Origin: Eledone cirrhosa
Taxonomy: Eukaryota
Assembly (NCBI GenBank): GCA_964016885.1
Contig: OZ024757.1
Location: 22,754,001 to 22,818,000 of the forward strand
Direction of reading: 5' to 3'
DNA length: 64,000 bases
This document shows, piece after piece, positions 38,355-50,665 of this stretch. Position 1 is the first letter of the stretch. Every line of letters begins with the position of its first letter. The position numbers and the translations under genes are program-made. The notes under the pieces are model-generated. The model was not told the DNA's origin and did not search any database. It worked only from the letters and a program-made list of their open reading frames with translations.

Positions 38355-38835
38355 AATTCAGAATATTAATAAATGAAGACGTTCACATAATCAAAATATA
38401 TGTTATTATTATATCAGCATAGTTACGTCCCTTTACGATCTGAGTTCAAATCCCGCCGAGGTTGACTTTGCCTTTCATCCTTACGGGGTCGATAAAATAA
38501 AGTACCAGTAATGCACTGGGTAATTGCTGGCCTTGTGCCTAAAGTAGAAACAATTATTATATATATATATATATTTCGAAGGTACTGTGCTGTTTTTTCA
38601 GTACGTCCTCATCAGATAAAATACATGAATTGATGTATGACATACCTCAACGGTCTTGATGGTTCAATTCCAGTATTGGCATTATATACCTTCGAAATAT
38701 ATATAATAAAACATATATTTTGATGATGTGAACGTTTTCATTTATTAATATTCTGAATAATATTAATAATTCCAGAAAACTTCTTTGTAGAGTGCTTTTA
38801 ATCTATTGTAAAACTATATTAATTGAGTAATCAAT
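38355..38835. mobile_element. Inverted pLTR-like (Penelope-type) remnant containing a hammerhead, split by a SINE
   Basis: 38355-38414 is the inverse of 38698-38760. Minus-strand core TATTTTAT-CTGATGA-ggacgtactg...cagtaccttc-GAAA-TATA at 38571-38623. A family A SINE occupies 38415-38558. Confidence 0.65.
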
Positions 38836-38855
38836 GAACCATATTAATCTTTGGT

Positions 38856-38886
<31 letters not shown>

Positions 38887-39363
38887 CAAGGAAACAACAA
38901 ATAGAAGTACACTATGTTTTATTAGTTTCACGCTTTATATATAAAAGGGGAAAGGAAGTTCTACGTGTCAGGCTTTAGCCCCTCTTCAGGAATACAACAA
39001 TAGAGACAAGATCACAAAGGTTAGATACAGGAAATAAAAGGTAGCCCTATATATGTGCCTATACATATACTATATATCATCATCATCATCGTTTAATGTC
39101 TATCTTCCACGCTAGCATGGGTTAGACGGGAATTGTCGCATTTGAGGCAAAATTGGTCGGGTTACCGTGTCTCGCTCGTATAGGACTATCTGGCAGGTGT
39201 TCTACAGCCAGATGCCATTCCTAACACTTACCACATTTATATATATCATCATTGTTTAGCATTCATTTTCCCTGCTAGCCAGGGTTAGTTGTGTTGTCAC
39301 ATCTTTGTTGCCTTCAATTTATTCCCAAATCTACAATCCATTTTGTATTGTTGTAGCCTTTAA

Positions 39364-39584
39364 CCCTTTAGCATTTAAACCGGCCATATCTGGGCAGAAT
39401 TCTCTCACCTATTTCTGTTAAAACCGGCTGTAACTGGCTGCTCATAACTATGTTAAGGTATTTTTCTCAAAATAAATATCATCAAAATCTCATAGATTCA
39501 ATATTATGTGAGATAATTATGTGAGATAAAGCCTTTACTGTGAAAAAACAATAGTGTATATAGAGTTATGTAAATGTTAAAGGG
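39364..39584. mobile_element. piggyBac-type MITE
   Basis: TTAA|CCCTTTAGCATTTA...TAAATGTTAAAGGG|TTAA. Confidence 0.85.
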
Positions 39585-40056
39585 TTAAATGACACACTAC
39601 TTTATACACTAACACAATGGCTTCAAGAAAACTACATCATCTTATCTCTATGCCAAAGCTAGGCCCCTGATTCAGTGCTTTCAATTTCTTTCAAAATTTA
39701 CCATCGATTTTGTATTCTTGTAGCCTTCCTATAACATACTGCTTTATCATCACCATCACCATTTGATGTCCATTTTTCCACTCTAGCATGGGTTAGACGA
39801 GTTGTCCCATTATAAGACAAGCCAGATCAGATGACAATGTCTTTATTCATACAGAACTGATTCTGGGTTGGTTTCTATGGCTGGAAGACCTTCCTAACAC
39901 CAACCACATTTACAGTGTGTATATATATGTAGAAGGTGGGTAATAGTGTAGAACAATAAAACTATGCATATATCAGATAAGTAGCACTCAACAATTGGTA
40001 GAACTGGAGTATATATGATAAAGAAGAAATTAAACGATGGTTAAAATAGTTCCATA

Positions 40057-40126
40057 TATTTTATTATGCACATTTCGAATACAAAATCATCCTGGGACAA
40101 AAATTGTGTTCTCATCAGATAAAATA
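40057..40126 (-). ncRNA. Complete minimal type-I hammerhead ribozyme motif
   Basis: TATTTTAT-CTGATGA-GAACACAA(19-nt loop)TTGTATTC-GAA-ATGTGCAT-A|ATAAAATA: 8-bp stem I, intact core, AUA site. The inverted partner (40198-40300) has the perfect palindrome ATGCGCAT in stem III. Confidence 0.82.
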
Positions 40127-40299
40127 AGGTAACATGATATGAGGCATAATAGCACTTGTTTATAGGAAAGTGCTAAGTCTACTTATCACAAGTCTACAGA
40201 ACACAATTTTTGTCCCAGGATGATTTTGTATTCGAAATGCGCATAATAAAATACATGGAACTCTTTTAACCATCTTTTAATTTCTTCTTTATTATATAT

Positions 40300-40608
40300 A
40301 TGAGCGAGACCCTTTATTTCACATTGCTCCAGTTTACTCAGTTGTAGAAATGAGATGATAGGGACTGGGGTCCATATCATTCCACTGCAAAGTGGTCGTG
40401 GACGTGCCATGGCAAAAAAGCACCCAGTCTACACTGCAAAGTGGTCGTGGAGGTGCTATGGCAAAAAAGCACCCAGCACTCGCTGTAAATGAGGTTGGTG
40501 TTAGGAAGGGCATCCAGCTGTAGAAATCAAGCCAGAATCAGTTCCTGTCCCACCCTTGCAAGCAGGGAAAAGCGGACGTAAAATGATGATGATAATGATG
40601 ATGATGAT
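40300..40608 (+). mobile_element. SINE family B, 5'-truncated
   Basis: Starts in the CORE-like segment; two 49-bp subrepeats; (GAT)n tail. Confidence 0.8.
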
Positions 40609-40667
40609 ATATATATATATATATATATATATGTACGTTATTCCGGGTTGAATCGGAGGTAACCACA

Positions 40668-40720
40668 GGGATTCCTGATGATTTTTAATGAATGAAACAG
40701 TTCTAGTCCTGTAGAATCTC
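40668..40720 (+). ncRNA. Type-I hammerhead motif with a weak stem II
   Basis: GGGATTC-CTGATGA-tttttaatgaat-GAA-ACAG(ttctagtc)CTGT-A|GAATCTC: 7-bp stem I, 4-bp stem III, GUA site. Lies between (TA)n tracts. Confidence 0.7.
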
Positions 40721-41239
40721 ATCTATATTAAAACTATATATATATATATATATATCCTGGTATGTGTATATGCATTTTTTTCTCCTAACTTTAATTTTAT
40801 ACCTAATTGTGTATGGTTGACGGTATATTTAATCGATTTCCACGTGCTGTTGAAATGTTGGGTAAATATTCTATGGCGGTTGGTCGCGAAGAGATTGCTG
40901 TAGTTTATTTATCTACTATTTCTTCATAGGTGCCTTTTAATCTTCTAGCCTGGTCTAATTGATTTTTTTGTGTGGTTAATTATGCTAATTGGGAGAGGAA
41001 ATGGTGTATATATATTATCAAATGATTCTATGGACATACTTTATAGTATATATATATATAATATAAGTTAAAATAATGAAATAAAAAATCAAGTCATTAG
41101 AGATATACTTCACTGCTTTATGATCGTTTCTAGATGGTATAATACATTGTATCTATACTCAGTTATTGATCTATGTAAGTTTACAAACTATCAGATAGAG
41201 AGAATATTTACTTACATGCATATCACCAGCTGTTTTCAG

Positions 41240-41347
<108 letters not shown>

Positions 41348-41569
41348 ACTGACTGGAAGAGAGTGAAATATTGTTTTTATGTGATTGAGAACACAAAAGA
41401 CATTTCAATGTCAACAGACAAATGATGAGGTGTATAATGTACCCTCATCATATGGTCTCCCTACTTAATAAGTTAGCATGCAAGTGGCTGAGTATTCCAC
41501 AGTCAGACGTGTACCCTTAAGATAATTCTTGAGTAGAAGCAGCCTGAGACAAAACATGTGACATTGGGG

Positions 41570-42175
41570 GATTGGCAGTATCAGTAGAGAGTCGGACGCC
41601 ATGCTTTCCAGCATAGTTACGTCCCTTTACGATCTGAGTTCAAATCCCGCCAAGGTTGACTTTGCCTTTCATCCTTACGGGGGTCGATAAAATAAAGTAC
41701 CAGTAATGAACTGGGTAATTGCTGGCCTTGTGCCTAAAGTAGAAACAATTATTTGAGCTTTGAATTGAGCGGTGGATTGGCAGTATTGGGAGAGGGTCGG
41801 ACGCCATGCTTTGACGTATAGAGTTACGGCCCTTGCCATTCTGAGTTCAAATCCCGCCGAGGTTAACTTTGCCTTTCATCCTTACGGGGTCGATAAAATA
41901 AAGTACCAGTAATGTACTGGGTAATTGCTGGCCTTGTGCCAAAAGTAGAAACAATTATTTGAGCTTTGAATTGAGCGGTGGATTGGCAGTATTGGGAGAG
42001 GGTCGGACGCCATGCTTTGACGTATAGAGTTACGGCCCTTGCTATTCTGAGTTCAAATCCCGCCGAGGTTAACTTTGCCTTTCATCCTTACGGGGTCGAT
42101 AAAATAAAGTACCAGTAATGTACTGGGTAATTGCTGGCCTTGTGCCTAAAGTAGAAACAATTATTTGAGCTTTGA
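41570..42175 (+). mobile_element. Three head-to-tail SINE family A copies
   Basis: Copies 2 and 3 share the spacer tgagctttgaattgagcggt and private variants, indicating a local tandem duplication. Confidence 0.85.
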
Positions 42176-42229
42176 ATTATATGTTCCAAACATTACCGGC
42201 ACATATTTACTAACTAGTCCCACCACACC

Positions 42230-43127
42230 ACTACACACAGACACACACACATATATAAACATACACACATATATATACACACTCACTCATGTATACACTC
42301 ACATATATACACACATACACAGATATATATACACTCACACAGGTATACACTTACATATATACACATATACACACATATATATATACACTCACACAGGTAT
42401 ACACTTATGTATACACTCACATATATACACACATACACACATATATATATACTCACACAGGTATACACTCACATATATACACACATGCACATACACATGC
42501 ACATATACATACATATACTTACATATACATGCACACACATGTATACACTCACATATATACACACATACACATACACATATACATACACACATATACATAC
42601 ACACACATGTATACACTCACATATATACACACATACACATACACATATACATACACACATATACATACACACACATGTATACACTCACATAGATACACAC
42701 AGTCACACATGCACACATGCATACACATGCATATATGCACTCACACACATACATACACACACACATGCACTCTCACACACATCTATATACACACACACAC
42801 ACATATATATACTCACACACACACACACATATATATATATATACTCACACACATGCACACACATATATATATACTCACATACACACGCACACACATATAT
42901 ATATACACACACACCCACGTACACACATATATATATACTCACACACACACATATATATATATACTCACAAACACACACACACATATATATATACTCACAC
43001 ACACACACACATATATATATATACTCACACACACACACATATATACTCACACACACACACGCACACATATATATATACTCACACACACACACACATATAT
43101 ATATATACTCACACACACATGTACACA
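42230..43127. repeat. (CA)n/(TA)n compound microsatellite
   Basis: Direct inspection. Confidence 0.95.
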
Positions 43128-43362
43128 GTAATATTAATGTAGTGTCATACTGAATATAATCAACTATCAAATATAAAGCTAATATACGTAATTAATTAGG
43201 CAAGATTTATGCGGTGGCCATCTTCAATTTGATTACGAAGGTAACTAATTATGTAGATACTTGCCAAATATATTCACACATCTTCTTCTTAATTTCCGCT
43301 TTCTCTGTCTTGCACTGAACATCAAAATGTACTTGAATCATTCCACTAACTACTGCTGCTAG

Positions 43363-44595
43363 TGGATTGACAGTATCGATAGAGCGTCCGGACGCCATGT
43401 TTTGCAGCATAGAGATACGGCCCTTTACGTTCTGAGTTCAAATCTTTCAGTCCTGCTAGAATAAACACAACTGCCAATAAATTACCATCTCTACCATCAT
43501 TATTATGGAGGTGGATGGTGGGTTGACAGTATCGGTAGAGGGCCAGACGCCATGCTTTGCAGCATAGAGATACGGCCCTTTATCATCTGAGTTCAAATCT
43601 TTCAGTCCTGCTAAAATAAACTCAACTGCCAATAAATCACCATCTCTACCATCATTATTATGGAGGTGGGTGGTGGGTTGACAGTATCGGTAGAGGGCCG
43701 GACGCCATGCTTTGCAGCATAGAGATACGGCCCTTTATCATCTGAGTTCAAATCCCGCCGAGATTGACTTTGCCTTTCATCCTTACGGGGTCAATAAAAT
43801 AAAGTACTAGTAATGCACTGGGGTAATTTGCTGGCCTTGTGCCAAAAGTAGAAACAATTATTATTATTATCCTCATCAAATCAGAGAAAACTTTGAAAGA
43901 ATTCTTAGATATTTTATTTTTTAATGAATTGAAAATTTAAATAAAAATTGTGATTTCAAAAATAAAAAATAAATTCTGATTTTGTTTAGTACATGTATTC
44001 TTTTGTAATTTAATCTTTATAAGTAATCGTCTTTTGTTTCACACACACACCCACATACACACTCATAGATATAGCATTGGAGAACAGACATTAAATGATA
44101 TAATTGTTTCTACTTTAGGCACAAGGCCAGCAATTACCCAGTGTATTACTGGTACTTTATTTTATCGACCCCGTAAGGATAAAAGGCAAAGTCAACCTCG
44201 GCGGGATTTGAACTCAGATCGTAAAGGGACGTAACTATCCTTGAAAGCATGGCGTCCGACCCTCTACCGATACTGCCAAATAATAGTTTCTTATATAGGC
44301 ACAACGCCATCAATTTTGGGGGTAGGAGAAAGTCAATTAAATCGACTCCAGTGCGTGACTGGTACTATATTTTATTGACCCCGTAAGGATGAAAGGAGGT
44401 TTGAACTCAGACCGTAAAGGGCCGTAACTATGCTGCGAAGCATGGTGTCTGATGCTCTACCAATACTGCCAAATAATTGTTTCTACTTTTTGGCACAAGG
44501 CCAGCAATTATCCCAGTGCATTACTGGTACTTTATTTTATCGACCCCCGTAAGGATGAAAGGCAAAGTTAACCTCGGCGGGATTTGAACTCAGAT
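43363..44595. mobile_element. SINE family A clusters: tandem plus-strand heads 43363-43860 and minus-strand copies 44100-44595
   Basis: Consensus matches; a unit of about 157 bp is tandemly duplicated at 43380-43750. Confidence 0.8.
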
Positions 44596-44596
44596 A

Positions 44597-44650
<54 letters not shown>

Positions 44651-44676
44651 TATCTGAGTTCAAATCCCGCCGAGGT

Positions 44677-44722
<46 letters not shown>

Positions 44723-44924
44723 CATCCTCATTTTACGTCCGCTCTTCCCGCTTGCAAGGGTATATATATATACATATATGTGTATATATGTGTGTGTTGT
44801 GTGTGTATGTGTGCATGTATGTATATTCTTATTTTACTTGGTGAAGTGTAAAGATTTTAATTTTGATTTTTTATATACATTTTCGACAGCACAGTAAATT
44901 TAAGCAGATGGAGGTTATGTATAA

Positions 44925-44980
<56 letters not shown>

Positions 44981-45484
44981 GTACATACATGTAAGACACA
45001 ATTTATCATAATCTAGTCTAACTCCAGTGTATCGTAGAATGTATTCACAGTGACATAAAGGAAATAAATTGCTTCAACTTGTAGCGCTCATTTTCTTCCA
45101 ATCTGTTATTGTTACCATTGACGATGGCTATCAATCAAACTAGAGGATTAGACACTGCCATGGAACATTCGAGATTTTCATTATTCCAGGCTATTCAACA
45201 GTAAGAATTTCATTGATATTCTCTTATATGAAGTTCCACTCGAAATATTTACCAATTTACATAGTTTTTCTAACAACGACTACACCTCACCACCACAATC
45301 ATTGCTGCTGTTGCTGGCAACATATCCCTTGCTTGTTGCTGCATAACCTTCTTGATTATTGAGATGCATGGCAGAACAAAAGCCATCACATAAACATATG
45401 CAGTGAATTTTGACGGTCGGAAACTTCGACAGTCGGAGACTTTAATTCTTAACTTTCTGTCATGGTCCAGCAAAAAAATCAAAT

Positions 45485-46015
45485 AGTTATAATATTTTTA
45501 CTAGTGGACAAATTGTTATGGAAACTTAACAGCCATAAATTTACTATTAAAATCCTGTAATGGTTAAACAGAATAAATCTAAAAGTAGGTTTGTTAATTC
45601 AGATAGTTATAGTACTTTTACTTGTAGGTTGTTGTGAAGATTTGCATTATTAGAGTAAAGACTTTAGTCTTTCATTTGATGTAGTCATAGTACTGCTTTG
45701 TATTTTTCAAGAATTCCTTGCTGATAGAGTTTCATGTGGTTTGTTAATTCATATGTTATCAGTGTCTTTACTGGTTGATGCAGTCATTGTGTTGTTTTGT
45801 ACTTTTTAAGAATACCCTGCTAATGTGCTATCATATGATTTGTTAATTCAAATGTTTGTAGTATCTTTATTAGTGGACAGATTGTTGTGGAAATTTGCAG
45901 TCCCAGATTAAAGACTTTAATTTTTTATGTGATGCAGTGAAAGTACTGTTTTGCACATTTTAAGAATGTCTTGCTAATGCGGTTTCATATGGCACTGAGC
46001 ATTATGAGTTAAGGT
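45485..46015 (-). repeat. Diverged relatives of the 114-bp satellite unit
   Basis: tttgttaattcaaatgtttgtagtatctttattagtggacagattgttgtggaaatttgcag and weaker copies. Confidence 0.7.
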
Positions 46016-46049
46016 AGTATGTGTGGTGAGGACAGACGATTATATCATC

Positions 46050-47356
46050 TTCAGATTGAAAGCAAAGGACATGTTGGATATACAACTGGAAAGACTGCAA
46101 GTTCCAAAACTATTCGTACATCCAAAAGAAGAAATGTGTCATTGGAGTGAACTACAACAACAGTAACAACTTCAACTTCCGAAGCAGGGACCCAATCAGA
46201 GAGTGGACATGAAGAGTCCAAAAGTTCGGGAGAACAATTTACAAAAAAAACAAGCAAAACCAAAACTGCAACCAAATTACTAACATCTTCAAATTTATCA
46301 ACCAACGAAGCAACAAATGTTTGTCAGCAGTTATCTCAAGAAAAGACTGACAATGAGACACCTTCCCAATCTGGTATTTATGGATCTACTGTTAAAAAAG
46401 CTGTTAAATTTGAAGAAGAAATTAAGAAAATTGGTCATTATATTTTGATGGTAAACAAATTGATGGCCAAGAATATCAAGTGCTTGGTTTAAAGAATGAA
46501 AGAAGAGAAGTTAAGTTGGAAGTATTAGATCTACCAAATGGAAAAGCGGATATTGTTGCCAAAGGAATAACAGCTGTTCTGGATGAATACAATTTATGGA
46601 AGAGCATAAAAACAATTGTTGCAGGCACTACGAATCTAAACACTTGGAGCAGGAATAGGATTGTCATTCAGTTACAAAGACTATTTGCTGAAAATAACCC
46701 CCTACAACTGGAAGAACCACAACTGATTGGCTGTCAACATCATGTTCTTGACCGAGTACTTCGCATAGTAATGGATGACAAAGTTGGAAGAAAGAACACA
46801 ACACCCAATATCAAATATCTGTTTATCCATGAACTTGTAAATAACTATGAATGGCTCAAGAAGAATTTCAACGATGATAAAAATGAGATTACTTAAACAG
46901 CAGGATGGTGTGATGATATGAAGTTTCTATTTCATTTAACTCGAGTTTTCTGCTTGTTCAAAGAAACTGCAAGATTTCCTAAAGTGAAGTTTCCAAAAAT
47001 ACCTAACCTGAGTAATGAAAGATGGAATTGGATTTTATTCTTCTAACCGAAAAAAGACACTTGCTACTCGAAATTTGTAGATTCATCTCTTACAGATGGG
47101 CAGACTATTGGTTTACTGACAAAATCTACAATGTAGATGATGATCAGAAGTTATGTAGCGGCTTAAAGTTTCAAAAAAAAAAAGCATTAAACTCTGTGAA
47201 AAGGTTTTGGAATCCAGAACTATTGAGACTCAAAATTCCCCAAACATATCAGTGTGAAGAATTAGCAATCAAGTGCCTTCAAGATCTTTATGACATCAAT
47301 AAAAAGAAAAAGAAAGTTTAGCTTAGATTTATTTTGTCTAATAAAACACAATAATA
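46050..47356 (+). pseudogene. Decayed DDE transposase, hAT-like
   Basis: Ordered motifs across frameshifts and stops: YFDGK (first Asp), AGTTNLNT (decayed DTTxxNTG), GCQHHVLD (CxxH), SNERWN (RW), QTYQCEELAIK (catalytic Glu region). TIRs were not identified. Confidence 0.65.
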
Positions 47357-47673
47357 GCTATTCTTGCTTCTAGATGTAAATTTCTAATTGTATATGTAGT
47401 TTTGCAATGTTTGCTTATTTCCAACTTTGTATATTATGCCATAGTTATAAACTGTTAAATGTGTTAAAATAGATAAGTACTATCCAATAAAGCTTTCGAA
47501 ATATTTTAATTTTTTACCCTTATGGCATATATGGCAAAATCGAATTTTTGTTTCGGGGGGTGAGCTTTTTCAAGAACTAAAACAAATTAATGGCCTTTCA
47601 ATTACTTTGAAACAAAAGTTCATCAATTTATGACACAGGAATATAGAGTTACAAAAAGTCATAACCCTTTAAG

Positions 47674-47713
<40 letters not shown>

Positions 47714-47871
47714 AAAGTTCTATTTAAAGTCGTTGGGATACAACAAAATTGTGCTTAACACTATGACTTATTAAAACAATGTAAACAAATCACTATCCAG
47801 ACAGCCTCCAAAAGTAATGGTTGTATTTTAAAAGGGTACGTCAAAGCTATTTGTAAAACTGTTATATATTG

Positions 47872-47936
47872 TATTTTGTCTGATGAAGGCATACCATAAT
47901 TTAATGTGGTATCCCTGAAATATGTATAATGAAATA
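47872..47936 (+). ncRNA. Complete minimal type-I hammerhead ribozyme motif
   Basis: TATTTTGT-CTGATGA-AGGCATACCA(loop)TGGTATCCCT-GAA-ATATGTAT-A|ATGAAATA. Confidence 0.8.
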
Positions 47937-47974
47937 AATATGGTTTTATAAATATAGTTTCCATTTATTAATAT

Positions 47975-49646
47975 CATCATCATCATCAACGTTTAACATC
48001 CGTGTTCCACGCTTGCATGGGTTTGGACGGGGGTAGTCCCACTTGAGGCAAGAGTGATTGTCTTGCTCGCATAGGACTGTCTGGCAGGTTTTCTACAGTT
48101 GGATGCCCTTCCTAACACCAACCACATTTACAGTGTGGGTCTGGGAGGTTTTTACCGTGTTGCCTACACGGCCACATTACAGCGTGGACTGTGTTTTTTT
48201 GTCGTGACACCTACACGATCTCATTTGTTTCGGCCTGGATGGTGTGGCACCAACCCAACTTTACATAGAACGGGGTGGCGTGGATGGGTTGGGGGTGGTG
48301 GGACGGGGGGGGGGGGGGGGGGGGGGGGGTTATTTTGTTAGAGATGCCTACTGGCTGTAGTAGGTTTTACTATGTATTTAGGTAAGGCGGGTCTTCTTTG
48401 TTACTGAGTACCGCCAAAGGTCTCGGTCCAGTGACATTGTCTTGGAGAGGTGTAAGTGTGTGAGGTCGGAGTTTATCAGCTCGTTCCAGGTTTTTCTAGG
48501 TCTGCCTATTCCGTGGCTACCGTCTATCTTTATTGCCCTGCACTTTGTTATACAGCTATCGACTTTCATGCGCATCACGTGTCCATACCAACGTAGCCTT
48601 CTCTCGAGTAAACAACATCTGATCCCTCTTATTTCTAATTTTTTCCTTAGTTCGTTTATGCTTTGCCGTTCACGTATATTACTGTTACACATCCAGTGGA
48701 GCATGCAAGCTTCGTTCCTCTCTAGTCTGCGTATATCCTCTGCACACAATGCCCAGGTCTCACTGCCATGCAACATTGCTGTTCGTATGCAGGCATCGTA
48801 CAACCTGCCTTTCATTTTTAGGGAGAACCCTTTAGCAGCTAATAGTGGTATAAGCTCTCTGAACTTTTTCCAACCAGTTCTGACTCTAGCTACTGTACTT
48901 TCAGAGCACCCTCCCCCACTGCTGATTTTATCACCCAGGTAACGGAAACTGTCCACTATTTCTATAGAACCCTCTGCGCAATTGAAAGAGCTAGTATTTT
49001 GTGGGCACTTGCTGCTACTTATTGCACCAGAGCACCGGCCACATGTAAAATCTATGTTCTTAGTTAGCTTACCTGTGATCCCACTACATCTTTTATGCAC
49101 CCATACTTTGCATTTAGGACATAAAATGGAGTTTCTACCTACGCCTTTCCTACACACCAAGCACGACCATTTCCCAGAAGGGACCGCCGCCTTATTTTCT
49201 TTCCTACAAACTAGAACTTTAGTCTTAGCCAGGTTAATTTTAAGGCCTTTTGATTCTAGGCCATGCTTCCATGTTTTGAATTTCTTCTCTAGCTCAGCCA
49301 TTGATTCCGCTGAGTGTCAGGTCGTCTGCGTATAGGAGTTCCCATGGGCAGCCGGTCTTGAACTCCTCTGTTATAGCCTGAAGGGCAATAATAAATAGTA
49401 GGGGGCTGAGAACAAAGCCCTGATGGACGCCAACTTTTACGCTAAACTCTTCACTATATTCATTGTTAATTCTAACCTTGCTGACTGTTTCTTTATACAT
49501 GGCTTGTATAGCTCTCACAAGCCATTCGTCAACGCCTAGTTTTCTAAGAGCCCACCAGATAATGGAGCGGGGGACTCTGTCGAAGGCTTTCTCCAAGTCG
49601 ACAAAAGCTAAGTAGAGGGGTTTACCTTTAGCTAGGTACTTCTCCT
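47975..49646 (-). mobile_element. 5'-truncated RTE-clade LINE: partial reverse transcriptase, C-terminus and 3' UTR
   Basis: EKYLAKGKPLYLAFVDLEKAFDRVP...GVHQGFVLSPLLF...LLYADDL, a frameshift near 49305, then FRYLG...ERRLRWYGHVMR...GRPRKTW...DRDLWR, stop at 48378. The 3' UTR ends in (GAT)n. Confidence 0.95.
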
Positions 49647-49803
49647 ACCTCCACACTCCATATTTCGTATCAAGTCCAAATAGCCAATCTATTGCTAAAA
49701 CAATCTACATTTTTTGATATCGTATATATATATATATAAATGAAGTATTTCCGTCGGAAAGGTGAAGGAAAAAAGAGTGCTCTATGTAGGTTACAGAGCT
49801 TAT

Positions 49804-50024
49804 TAGTTATGTAATAAACAACATAAGATAATTATTTCATTTACCAGTGGTTTCTTGAAGGCAGATATTAATATCTATCTTCAGTCGTCAGAATGAATAA
49901 ATAACATGGTGTTTTTATTAAATATGGATTTATTTATTCATTCTGATGACTGAAGACAGATATAAATATCTGCCTTCAAGAAACCACTTGTAAATGAAAT
50001 AATTATCTTATGTTGTTTATTACA

Positions 50025-50030
<6 letters not shown>
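49804..50030. ncRNA. About 100-bp inverted repeat with a hammerhead motif in each arm
   Basis: Plus arm 49937-49998: TTCATT-CTGATGA-ctgaagacagatat(aa)atatctgccttcaa-GAA-ACCACTTGT-A|AATGAA. Minus arm 49836-49897 has CTGACGA and ACCACTGGT-A. Confidence 0.75.
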
Positions 50031-50093
<63 letters not shown>

Positions 50094-50340
50094 AGTACAA
50101 AGAAAGTGTGGTAAGGAACTAGGTGGACCATAATGCACCTGAGTACTCGATACTTTGGGTAGTAGAGTGGGTAATAGGAAAAGAGTCAGGACCCCGACGG
50201 TTGAGCTCCAGCTGTTTCAACAACTAGATCCGAATCTAGCTGTCGTAAGGGTCGGAGCTCAGCCGTTAGGGTCCTGACTCTTTCCTATATATATATATTA
50301 AAATATAAGTATTAATAAAATAGATGTTCTTTTGATCAAT

Positions 50341-50399
50341 TACATTTTATTATACATATTTCGGATGTACAACAGTACGTCCTCATCAGACAAAATATA
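50341..50399 (-). ncRNA. Complete minimal type-I hammerhead ribozyme motif
   Basis: TATATTTTGT-CTGATGA-GGACGTAC(tgtt)GTACATCC-GAA-ATATGTAT-A|ATAAAATGTA: 10-bp stem I including G-U pairs, G10.1-C11.1 present. Confidence 0.85.
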
Positions 50400-50430
50400 A
50401 TGGTACATGACATACCCTGAGATGTTAAAT

Positions 50431-50515
50431 GGTTAAGATTTAATCAATTTGACATAATCATTGAATATTGTTTAACAATATTCAATGATTATGTCAAATT
50501 GATTAAATCTTAACC
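50431..50515. repeat. Perfect palindrome with 42-bp arms and a 1-nt spacer
   Basis: ggttaagatt...gaatattgtt-t-aacaatattc...aatcttaacc. Confidence 0.95.
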
Positions 50516-50665
50516 AGAATCTTAATCTGTCCAAAATTAGCCGTCGAAACGGCTTGGGCTCAGCCGTCGGGGTCCTACTCGTTCTTATTACCCACTCTAC
50601 TACCCTAAGTATTGAGTACTTTGGTGTGTTATGGTCCATCTGGTTCCTTACCACACTTCCTTTGT

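Noticed and set aside
48442-49335. Plus-strand ORFs of 166 aa and 117 aa
   Set aside because: They are antisense shadows of the RTE ORF.
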